Assembly (NCBI GenBank): GCA_963845085.1 | Contig: CAWJQI010000005.1 | Location: forward strand, 192,001-256,000 | DNA from: Candidatus Fermentibacterota bacterium | Lineage (GTDB): Bacteria; Fermentibacterota; Fermentibacteria; Fermentibacterales; JCC-6 | DNA: 64,000 bases | Direction: 5' to 3' | Shown: positions 18,880 through 26,843 of the stretch, piece after piece | Layout: each line of letters starts with the position of its first letter | Numbering within the stretch: the stretch's first letter is position 1 | Program-made: the position numbers and the translations under genes | Notes under the pieces: model-generated | Seen by the model: only the letters and a program-made list of their open reading frames with translations | The model's database searches: none | What the model was told of the DNA's origin: nothing

Positions 18880-20544
18880 CTACATTCTTTCCGGGGCGGA
18901 CACGCCCAGCACCTCCAGAAGGCCCTTCAGTCCCTCCCTGCACGCCAGGCACAGAAGCATCCGGGCCCGTGTGAGGGGGACATTGCCCTCATCCATTACT
19001 TTGTGATGTGAATAAAACCCGTGGAATGCCGTGGCGAGTTCCGAAGCGGTTTCGGTTATCCGGTGGGGCGACAGTTCAGCGGCGGCCTCGGCCACTCTGA
19101 CCGGCAGGGCTTCGAGAAGCCGGAGCAACTCCCGCTCCCTTGGAGCGCAGAGCAGGGTCCCGGCCTCGGCGGCATCGGTATCACGGAACCTGTCACCTGT
19201 CATTCGAAGAATCCCTGCAATCCTTGCGAAAGCATACTGTATGTAGTAGACAGGGTTGTCTTCGGAATCCCTCCGGGCCGCCTCGATGTCGAAATCCATG
19301 TGGGCCTCGGCACGCCTGGTAAGGAAAAGGTAACGCGTCACGTCGGGACTGCCGACCTCGGTCACCAGGTCCCTCAGAGTCACGAACTCGCCGGACCGCG
19401 TTGACATCTTGACGGTCTCGCCACCCCTTGAAAGGGTGACGAACTGGTGGATGACGGTGCGGAGCCTTCGTTTGACCTCCGCCTCGCCCAGGAGTACCGA
19501 AACAGCCGCCTCGACATCCCGGCAGGTATCGATGTGATCGCTGCCGAACACGTCAACCAATAGGTCGAACCCCCGTGAGAACTTGTCAAGATGATATGCG
19601 ATGTCGGGCATCCGGTAGGTATAACCGCCCTCCGCCCTGCGCACGACCCTGTCCTCGGGACGTCCGAGTGATGTCAGTTTCAACCAGACCTTGCCCGATC
19701 CGTCAGGGTCGGTGAATGCGACACCCGCTTCTTCCAGCCTTGCCAGGGCCCTTTCCACGGCATCGGGAATCAGCTCGCTCTCGGCAAAGTACCGGTCAAA
19801 CCTGATGTCAAGGAGTGCAAGGTCGTCTCTGATGAGGTCGAAGGCATTCTTCACGGCGACAGCCCTGAAACGATCACGGTCTCCCGGCCAGCCAAGAGTC
19901 GGCTCGCACTGCAGCAGTTCCCTTGCCCAATCCTGAATGTAACCGCCCCGGTAGCCGCCTTCGGGAACCGGCATGTCGCCCCCCCGAAGCTGGTCATAGC
20001 GGGCGGCGAGGGACTCGGCAAGCCTGTCCATCTGTCTGCCGGCATCGTTGAAGTAGTACTCGCGTGAGACCGTCCACCCCACTGCTGTCAAAAGGCGGCT
20101 GATGGCCTCGCCGAGAACGGCCTGCCTGCAATGGCCCACAGTCAGCGGGCCGGTGGGGTTCGAACTGACGAACTCCACAAGGGCTGTTCCACGCGGTTCC
20201 CCCTCGCGGAGCATTCCGGAGAGGCCCTCGAGGGCAAGCCTTGACGCGACTGACGCAAGGTATCCGCTGTCAAGCCTGATATTGACAAACCCGGGGCCAT
20301 CCACGCTGACCGTTGAGATAAATGGAAGCCCTGAAATGCCTTCCCTCATCACCGAGGCGATTTTAGCAGGCGAAAGTCTGAGTGTTTTTGCCAGCCCCAT
20401 GGCCGAATTGCAGGCAAGGTCTCCGAACGCCTGTTCACCCGACTCGACGATCTGAAGCGGTGCGTCGGGACAGCCCAGTTCCCGCGACAGGGCGTCCTGC
20501 ATCCCCCGGGATATTCTACTCCTGGTTGAGAACGGGGAATTCAT
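18880..20544 (-). CDS. argS: Arginine--tRNA ligase
   Basis: GPGFVN, VEFVSSNPTGPLTVGH, EYYFNDAGRQ, DIAYH, KMSTRSG, YYIQYAFARI, SAPERM. Start is uncertain (20544 or 20502). Confidence 0.93.
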   Translation of the reverse strand: MNSPFSTRSRISRGMQDALSRELGCPDAPLQIVESGEQAFGDLACNSAMGLAKTLRLSPAKIASVMREGISGLPFISTVSVDGPGFVNIRLDSGYLASVASRLALEGLSGMLREGEPRGTALVEFVSSNPTGPLTVGHCRQAVLGEAISRLLTAVGWTVSREYYFNDAGRQMDRLAESLAARYDQLRGGDMPVPEGGYRGGYIQDWARELLQCEPTLGWPGDRDRFRAVAVKNAFDLIRDDLALLDIRFDRYFAESELIPDAVERALARLEEAGVAFTDPDGSGKVWLKLTSLGRPEDRVVRRAEGGYTYRMPDIAYHLDKFSRGFDLLVDVFGSDHIDTCRDVEAAVSVLLGEAEVKRRLRTVIHQFVTLSRGGETVKMSTRSGEFVTLRDLVTEVGSPDVTRYLFLTRRAEAHMDFDIEAARRDSEDNPVYYIQYAFARIAGILRMTGDRFRDTDAAEAGTLLCAPRERELLRLLEALPVRVAEAAAELSPHRITETASELATAFHGFYSHHKVMDEGNVPLTRARMLLCLACREGLKGLLEVLGVSAPERM

Positions 20545-20917
20545 CTCCCGCCGCCGTCCCGGTGTCCTCATAGTCTTTGCCTGGTGCATCGCTCCACAGA
20601 GTTTCGAGGGAATAGTAAGCCCTCGTCTCGGGAAGAAAGACATGAACGACGAAATCGACGAAATCCAGAAGGATCCAGCTGCCCTCGTCGTAACCCTCGC
20701 AGTGATGAAGCTTTCTTCCCAGCCTTCTCGCTTCCCTCTCAACATGGTCCGCGATGGACCTGGCCTGGATCCTGGTATCGGCTGTGGCAAGGACGAACAC
20801 GTCCATTGTCAGGGGAAACTCGGACATGTCCATTGCCCTCACTCCATGGCCGTGGCGCTGATGTATGGCTTCCACCACGGTCTGGAGGATGTCAGGGCTT
20901 TCGGTTTGCTCCGTCAA
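20516..20917 (-). CDS. rsfS: Ribosome silencing factor
   Basis: TTG start with GGAGG RBS. DVFVLAT, EGYDEGSWILLDFVDFVVHVF, YYSLETLW. Confidence 0.88.
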   Translation of the reverse strand: MTEQTESPDILQTVVEAIHQRHGHGVRAMDMSEFPLTMDVFVLATADTRIQARSIADHVEREARRLGRKLHHCEGYDEGSWILLDFVDFVVHVFLPETRAYYSLETLWSDAPGKDYEDTGTAAGDEFPVLNQE

Positions 20918-20930
20918 TCGTTCCTCCGGT

Positions 20931-21446
20931 TCAGTTGGGGGTGACAGGCATGAACGTTCTGTTCGCAAGATCACGCCCGAGGTATATGGAAACATCGACC
21001 TCAGGTGCCCCGTCGCAGGGGAGGCACCAGACAATGCAGCTGTCGGGGATTCCCAGCCTTTCGGCAACGGCAACCGCTGCCGCGGGCCCGGGAACATGTG
21101 AAACGATGACCGTTTCGAGGTAGTCGAGCCTGTCGGCGTTGCCTGCACTCACGGGTGCCATGAAGCACACACCGCCGCTTCTGCCCTCGAGGTGCCGCTG
21201 CACCTCCCTGCCCTTCCCGTTTATGCTCGTTCCGTTGTAGACGATCACACGAACCGTGTCGGGCGAGGGGCCCTCGTAAAGCGGCCGGACCGGAACGACT
21301 GCTGTCGCAGGCGGCGGCGGGGGCTCGGGGCTGTACACTATGGCGAGGGTGACGGCACAGGCGGCGAGGATACCCAGAACAACCTGCCAGATGATACCCG
21401 TGCCTCCTCCTGCCCTGCCTCTGCGAGCGTTTCCCCTGCGGGTCAC
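20931..21446 (-). CDS. Membrane-anchored LytR C-terminal domain protein
   Basis: N-terminal TM and Pro-rich linker. VIVYNGTSINGKG, GNAD, DVSIYLGRD. Confidence 0.75.
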   Translation of the reverse strand: MTRRGNARRGRAGGGTGIIWQVVLGILAACAVTLAIVYSPEPPPPPATAVVPVRPLYEGPSPDTVRVIVYNGTSINGKGREVQRHLEGRSGGVCFMAPVSAGNADRLDYLETVIVSHVPGPAAAVAVAERLGIPDSCIVWCLPCDGAPEVDVSIYLGRDLANRTFMPVTPN

Positions 21447-21934
21447 TTCTCACCCCGAAGCAGTGGAGCAAGCGTTTCCCAGGTCTGTTCAAGCGACTGG
21501 GAAAGCACCCTCACGCCGCCAACCGAACTCATGAAGCTGGTGTCGCCGTTCCAGCGCGGCAGCACATGGATGTGAAGATGCCCTGGCACTCCGGCCCCGG
21601 CTGCACTGCCAAGATTCCATCCGCCGTTGATCCCATGGCAATTCATCACATCTCTAAGAGCGCCTTCGGCCCTGCGCACCAGATCCATCATCTGTGAGAT
21701 CTCGTGGGATGAGGCAGAGGTGAAATCCGGAACATGGCGATACGGAACGATCATCAGGTGCCCGTTTATGTACGGATAGCGGTTCAGCACCGCGAAGCAC
21801 GACTCGCTCCGGGCAAGGACAAGGTTTTCCCGGTCGTTCCCGGACGGGTCGGTCGCCATGGCGCAGAAGATGCACCCGGAAGAGGGGGCTGATGTCACAT
21901 AACCGTACCGCCAGGGCGCCCAGAGGCGTTTCAT
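21443..21934 (-). CDS. HIT family hydrolase (Ap4A phosphorylase-like)
   Basis: LWAPWR, CIFC, NRYPYINGHLM, AAGAGVPGHLHIHVLPRW. Confidence 0.9.
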   Translation of the reverse strand: MKRLWAPWRYGYVTSAPSSGCIFCAMATDPSGNDRENLVLARSESCFAVLNRYPYINGHLMIVPYRHVPDFTSASSHEISQMMDLVRRAEGALRDVMNCHGINGGWNLGSAAGAGVPGHLHIHVLPRWNGDTSFMSSVGGVRVLSQSLEQTWETLAPLLRGEK

Positions 21935-22878
21935 GCACCGCTCCTGACCGAGCCTTCGGGCATCATGCAGTCCACGAAGGCGTTTTCCACAACACAGAAG
22001 TCCATCAGCCTCGCAGTCGAGGTGACGACCGAACTCCCGGAAACCCTGCAGTGCCTTCCGATGAAGGCTCCCGGCTCGACAACGGCGCTGTCTTCGATCC
22101 AGACACCGTCGGGATCGGGAATCGTTACACCCGAGAGCAGGAGCGACTCAACAACCCGGCGCTTCATGGCCCTTGTACACTCGGCCAGATGAAGCGGGTC
22201 GTTCACCCCCCTCACGGACAGCCAGTCCGGGGAGGAGGCGGCCGCCACCCTGCGCCCGGAGGCCAGGGCCACTGTCACCGCGTCGGTGAGATAATACTCC
22301 CCCTGCGCGTTCCCGTTGCCGATCCCGGAGAGAAGCCCGGGGAGGGATGCGGCGTCGAACACCATGATCCCCGTGTTGACCTCGGTGCACGAGAGCTCAG
22401 CCGGAGTGGCGTCACGGTGCTCCACAATTCTTGTCACTGCGCCGTCACCGCTTCTGATGACCCTGCCGTAACCGGCGGGGTTTGGAGGAACCGCTGAAAG
22501 GATAGCCATTGCGGCGCCGGTTTCCCTTCTTGCGGCGAGAAGCGCAGAAATTGTGTCAACACCCAGCAGGGGCACGTCGCCCAGCAGCACGAGCACTTCC
22601 GAAGCACTGCCGAGGAATGGCATGGCGCACTGAAGCGCGTGCGCCGTACCCATCTGGGGCTCCTGCACAACCCACCGCAGTTCTGCGCCTTCAAGTACGG
22701 GCGTCACCAGCTCGCGTCCGTAACCGACAACAACAGTGACCCCGTCGCAACCGGCTTTCACGGCGGTCTCGGCCACCCTGAGGATCATGGGCCGGCCGAG
22801 CACCGGGTGGAGCACTTTCGGCAGGGCTGACTTCATCCTCGTTCCTTTTCCCGCGGCAAGGATTACTGCATGCAGCAT
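21931..22878 (-). CDS. glmU: GlmU-like N-acetylglucosamine-1-phosphate uridyltransferase with short C-terminus
   Basis: LAAGKGTRMKS, PKVLH, GTAHA, GDVP, GYGRVIR, EVNTG, QGEYYLTD, GVN. Only 315 aa. Confidence 0.8.
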   Translation of the reverse strand: MLHAVILAAGKGTRMKSALPKVLHPVLGRPMILRVAETAVKAGCDGVTVVVGYGRELVTPVLEGAELRWVVQEPQMGTAHALQCAMPFLGSASEVLVLLGDVPLLGVDTISALLAARRETGAAMAILSAVPPNPAGYGRVIRSGDGAVTRIVEHRDATPAELSCTEVNTGIMVFDAASLPGLLSGIGNGNAQGEYYLTDAVTVALASGRRVAAASSPDWLSVRGVNDPLHLAECTRAMKRRVVESLLLSGVTIPDPDGVWIEDSAVVEPGAFIGRHCRVSGSSVVTSTARLMDFCVVENAFVDCMMPEGSVRSGA

Positions 22879-23235
22879 TCAGATCACCCCGGGAAACATG
22901 TTATTCTCGTCGGCCACTACCACAACGGGAGTTGGAGGGTTCTCGCGCTCGGTATCGACCAGGACGTACTGAAGAACGATGACCAGGTCCCCCGGAGCAC
23001 ACAGTCTTGCAGCGGCGCCATTGATGCAGATCGTTCCGCTTCCGGGGGATCCCTCGACAACGTAGGTCTCGAACCTCGCCCCGGTGTTGATGCACGCCAC
23101 CTGCACTCGTTCGCCGGGCATGATCCCGGAGAGATCGAGAAGGTCGCAGTCGATTGTTATCGAACCCACATAGTTGAGGTTTGCTTCGGTCACCTTCATC
23201 CTGTGAAGCTTCGCCCCAAGAAATGTTCTCAGCAT
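22879..23235 (-). CDS. panD: Aspartate 1-decarboxylase
   Basis: KLHR, YVGSITID, RFETY, INGAAARL. Confidence 0.95.
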   Translation of the reverse strand: MLRTFLGAKLHRMKVTEANLNYVGSITIDCDLLDLSGIMPGERVQVACINTGARFETYVVEGSPGSGTICINGAAARLCAPGDLVIVLQYVLVDTERENPPTPVVVVADENNMFPGVI

Positions 23236-24104
23236 CAGGTCCTCCGTGAAAAATGTGGGGGTTCCAGGTGGATGTTGTCGATCAGCCTCGTTCCACCGGA
23301 ATAAACGGCTGTGATCAGCCTCATGGGGTTTTCAAGGCGGGTGCCAGGCAGAAGGGTTTCGGCGTCAACGGCCTCAAGGTACGAGACTTTCAGAAGGCTG
23401 GCTCCCGAGAGCTCGTTGAAGAAACTCGCCTTGATCTCCCCAATGTCAGATTCGCCCCGGGCGGCAGCCATCGCAGAAGCTCTCAGGCCTCTGTGGATGA
23501 GTGCGGCCTGGCTGCGCTCGTCTTTCGAGAGGTATGCGTTCCTGCTGCTCATCGCAAGGCCGTCAGCCTCCCTCACCGTCGGGCATGCCACTATTTCAAG
23601 GCCCATTCGCAGGTCGCGCGCCATCCTGCGGATGACGACAAGCTGCTGATAGTCCTTCTCGCCGAAAAAGGCGAGGTCAGGCTTCACCATGTTGAAAAGG
23701 ATGCAGCAGACCGTTGTGACCCCCCTGAAATGCCCGGGACGGCTGGCACCGCAAAGACCTGACGTCAGCCCCTCCACGTCGACGTGGGTTGCATAGCCCG
23801 GGGGATAGATCATCGATGCGTCGGGAGCGAAAACGGCATCGGCACCCTCGCTCTGCAAAAGGGAGCAGTCAGCGTCGAGCCTCCGGGGGTACTTCAGCAG
23901 GTCTTCGGAGGGTCCGAACTGGATGGGATTCACAAAGATGGATACGACCACCCGCCGGCATCTCGCCCGGGCTTCGCGAACCAGGCTGAGATGGCCCTCG
24001 TGCAGTGCACCCATCGTGGGAACAAAGCCGATACTGTCGCCCGTTGAGTGCCAATCGTCGGTCAGTCCCGCGATCCGGGCCTCATCGTGCAGAAGTTCCA
24101 TCAT
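23235..24104 (-). CDS. panC: Pantoate--beta-alanine ligase
   Basis: FVPTMGALHEGH, SIFVNPIQF, RPGHFRGV, FGEKDYQQ, DGLAMSSRN, RLIDN. Confidence 0.95.
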   Translation of the reverse strand: MMELLHDEARIAGLTDDWHSTGDSIGFVPTMGALHEGHLSLVREARARCRRVVVSIFVNPIQFGPSEDLLKYPRRLDADCSLLQSEGADAVFAPDASMIYPPGYATHVDVEGLTSGLCGASRPGHFRGVTTVCCILFNMVKPDLAFFGEKDYQQLVVIRRMARDLRMGLEIVACPTVREADGLAMSSRNAYLSKDERSQAALIHRGLRASAMAAARGESDIGEIKASFFNELSGASLLKVSYLEAVDAETLLPGTRLENPMRLITAVYSGGTRLIDNIHLEPPHFSRRT

Positions 24105-24787
24105 AAGAACCTTTCGAACACCGGGGAGAAACTCGAAACTCCGCCCCGGTGGTTCCCTATTGATTCAACAAGCGCCGCAAGCGCCCTGGGTTCGTTCAAG
24201 GGCCTCTCCGCACTTACCACAAGCGTGGGAAGGTGGCTTTCACGAAGGAAAAAGCTGTTGTAGGAGTCAACGAGCTTCTCGACCCAGCCCCTGCTTACAT
24301 CCCTTTCGTAGGGTCTTCCGTTTCTGAACAGCCGCTCCATCAGACAGCCCGGAGATGCCTGAAGGTAGACGACGAGGTCAGGGCCGTCCGCTGCAGGTGC
24401 AAGAGCGCCCGACAGTTTCATGTATAGCTCCATCTCCCGATCGGACAGCGTAGCCCGGGCAAACACCCTGTCCCTCTCGAAACAGAAGTCGCTGACGGTC
24501 AGGCCGTGGAAAAGGTCGGTCCGGTTCAACTCTTCAAGGCGTTCGTACCTTTGAAGAAGGAAGGCTATCTGCGTTTGAAAGGCCCACTTCCCCATATCCC
24601 GGTGGAACAGGGGCAGGAACGGGTTGTCTTCCGGTTTCTCCAGAACAAGCCGCCCGTTCATTCTCTCGGCCAGAAGCGCGGCCAGGGACGACTTTCCCGC
24701 GCCCGGAGGCCCCTCCACCACCAGGATGGCCGGCACCCGGCGGTCAGACAAACCAAAAGCCTTCACATGGTGTAATATGCGATTCAT
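24101..24787 (-). CDS. Deoxynucleoside kinase
   Basis: EGPPGAGKSS P-loop, NPFL..F, FQTQIAFL, PDLVVYLQAS, RPYE. Confidence 0.85.
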   Translation of the reverse strand: MNRILHHVKAFGLSDRRVPAILVVEGPPGAGKSSLAALLAERMNGRLVLEKPEDNPFLPLFHRDMGKWAFQTQIAFLLQRYERLEELNRTDLFHGLTVSDFCFERDRVFARATLSDREMELYMKLSGALAPAADGPDLVVYLQASPGCLMERLFRNGRPYERDVSRGWVEKLVDSYNSFFLRESHLPTLVVSAERPLNEPRALAALVESIGNHRGGVSSFSPVFERFL

Positions 24788-25259
24788 CAGTGGTTTGTGC
24801 CAGCATTTCCGCGGCGCTAGCACTGCAGCCCGGTACCTGTCCGTCGAAAACCTCGGCGAGCGGCACCAGGACAAAGCGCCTCAGGTGCATCCTGGGATGG
24901 GGGAGAATGAGTTCACTGCTGCTCGAACCTCCCTCGAGGAACAGGATGTCGGCATCGAGATCGCGGGCGCGACCAAGTTTTCGCACGGGCGAACCGCAGA
25001 GCGCCTCGATCTCCCTTGTGACCGCCAGCAGCCCGATGTCCGATCCCAGCCAGCCGCCGACCGCAACGCAGTTGAGGAACGCCCCCCCCTCCACCGCTCC
25101 CCAGGGTGGGGTGCGGTAAACCGACGAGAGCTTCGCTCCCGCGATTCCGGAGGAATCCCTCAGGTAAGCGGCAGCACATCGCAGGCAGTGGGGCGTATTC
25201 TGTGTATTGCCCCCGAGACCGAGACCGAAGAACCTAGCCTTCAACTGTGTACTCGGCAC
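24744..25259 (-). CDS. folK: 2-amino-4-hydroxy-6-hydroxymethyldihydropteridine diphosphokinase
   Basis: GLGGN, SSVYRTPPWG, FLNCV, RDLDADIL, LPHPRMHLRRFVLVPL. Confidence 0.85.
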   Translation of the reverse strand: MPSTQLKARFFGLGLGGNTQNTPHCLRCAAAYLRDSSGIAGAKLSSVYRTPPWGAVEGGAFLNCVAVGGWLGSDIGLLAVTREIEALCGSPVRKLGRARDLDADILFLEGGSSSSELILPHPRMHLRRFVLVPLAEVFDGQVPGCSASAAEMLAQTTDESHITPCEGFWFV

Positions 25260-25560
25260 TTTCCATGGAAAGGCATACAGGCGGGAAGGGCTTTTTTACG
25301 GTCACTCTCCATGCTCCGGGCCAGCGCTGCCCAAGCATTTTGACGACGCTCTCCGCGAGCTGCTCAAGATATTCGAAACGCGAGCCCGCCAATACAGCAA
25401 TGCACGAACAGACTTCGCTGTAATCGGCTGCCGGTACTGCCGTGGCCGTGCCCGCAAATGACAGGTCAAGGGTAACGGTCCTCGGGAAAAGCTTTTCCTC
25501 AGGAAGGGCGCCGAGAACCACCGGGAGGGATATGCCCCTCAAAAAAAGGGTTCCCTTCAC
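25234..25560 (-). CDS. folB: Dihydroneopterin aldolase (divergent)
   Basis: GALPEE, DYSEV, LEQLAE, VKKP. Positioned directly before folK with a GTGA overlap. Confidence 0.7.
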   Translation of the reverse strand: MKGTLFLRGISLPVVLGALPEEKLFPRTVTLDLSFAGTATAVPAADYSEVCSCIAVLAGSRFEYLEQLAESVVKMLGQRWPGAWRVTVKKPFPPVCLSMESAEYTVEG

Positions 25561-26771
25561 TCTTCCTTCTTCCTGAGCCACTGAAGCAGCCTGTTCCGGT
25601 AGAGCTCCATCTCTTCAAGCCTTCCGACAGCCTGATGGATCCTGGCTTCGGGAACGGTGAGGGCAAAACGGATGAACCCCTCGCCCCACGATCCGAAGCC
25701 GCTTCCGGGTGTCACCATGATGCCGGCACGGTTGACCAGCTTGCCGGCGAAAGCCATGGAGTCCGCCCCACGGGGCAGCCTGACCCAGAGGTAGAATGTG
25801 CCGGGAGAATCGAATACTTCCCAGCCAAGCCTTTCCAGGCCGGCAAGAAGCACTTCTCTTCGACCCCGGTACAGGGACAGCAGATCGGAGATGTGTTCAG
25901 GCGGAAGCGCCATGGCGGTCGCTGCAGCAGCCTGAAGCGCGGTGAACACCCCTGAGTCGATGTTCTCCTTGGCGCCCATGAAAGTCTGGACGAGCCGCTT
26001 CGAACCTGCAAGAAACCCGACGCGCCACCCCGTCATGCTGAAGGTCTTTGAAAGGCTGTGGAATTCCAGCACGACGTCCTGTGCTCCCGGCACCTGAAGG
26101 AACGACAGGGGTGGTGACCCGTCGAAACGTATGTGACTGTACGAATTGTCGCTGACCAGAAGGATGTTGTGCTCGCGGGCAAAACAAACATACTCCTCCA
26201 TCTGCCCTCTTGAGGCCACTGCACCGGTGGGGTTGTTGGGGTAGTTGAGGAAGAGCACCTTGGCCTGTCTGAGCACCTCGCAGGGTATCCTGTCAAGTGC
26301 GGGCATGAAACCGTTCTCCCAGAGGAGCGGGACCTCGACAGGAATCGCGTCCGCCAGAATGGCCGACGCCCTGTAGACGGGATACCCCGGGTTGGGCACC
26401 AGAACGATGTCGCCACGGTTGCAGAAAACCATCGGCACATGGGCGATCCCTTCCTTCGAGCCGATCAGCGCCGCCACCTGAACATCGTCGGAAACACCGA
26501 AATCACGCCTCAGGAACTCCCCGGCGGCTTTGAGGAAGAAGTCGCTGCCCCTGTTCCGAGGGTACCTGTGGAAAGATGGATCGAGCAGAGCCGTGCGCCC
26601 CGCCTCGACGACCGGGGCCGGTGTGGGCGTGTCCGGGTCGCCGATGCCGAAGTCGATGATGTCAAGCCCCCGCTTCATGGCGGCGGCCCTTTTCCTGTCA
26701 AGCTCGGCAAACAGGTACGGAGGAAGCTTGCTGAGCCTTTCCGATGCGCTTATGAGAGCCCTTCTCTCCAA
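25557..26771 (-). CDS. PLP aminotransferase class I/II, LL-diaminopimelate aminotransferase-like
   Basis: TTG after AAAGGAG. LPPYLFA, GIGDPD, IGSKEGI, NYPNNPTG, SLSKTFSMTGWRVG. Confidence 0.85.
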   Translation of the reverse strand: MERRALISASERLSKLPPYLFAELDRKRAAAMKRGLDIIDFGIGDPDTPTPAPVVEAGRTALLDPSFHRYPRNRGSDFFLKAAGEFLRRDFGVSDDVQVAALIGSKEGIAHVPMVFCNRGDIVLVPNPGYPVYRASAILADAIPVEVPLLWENGFMPALDRIPCEVLRQAKVLFLNYPNNPTGAVASRGQMEEYVCFAREHNILLVSDNSYSHIRFDGSPPLSFLQVPGAQDVVLEFHSLSKTFSMTGWRVGFLAGSKRLVQTFMGAKENIDSGVFTALQAAAATAMALPPEHISDLLSLYRGRREVLLAGLERLGWEVFDSPGTFYLWVRLPRGADSMAFAGKLVNRAGIMVTPGSGFGSWGEGFIRFALTVPEARIHQAVGRLEEMELYRNRLLQWLRKKEE

Positions 26772-26843
26772 GGCTTCTCCTTTCTTGAATTCGTCGGTAA
26801 TATACAAGGGTCGGATATCCCGCGAACTCCAGGGGGCCATGCT

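Noticed and set aside
20545..20790. N-terminal extension of argS
   Set aside because: It overlaps rsfS in another frame and has no ArgRS-like content.
26439..26843. N-terminal extension of the helicase
   Set aside because: It is antisense to the aminotransferase. A TTG with RBS exists at 26844.
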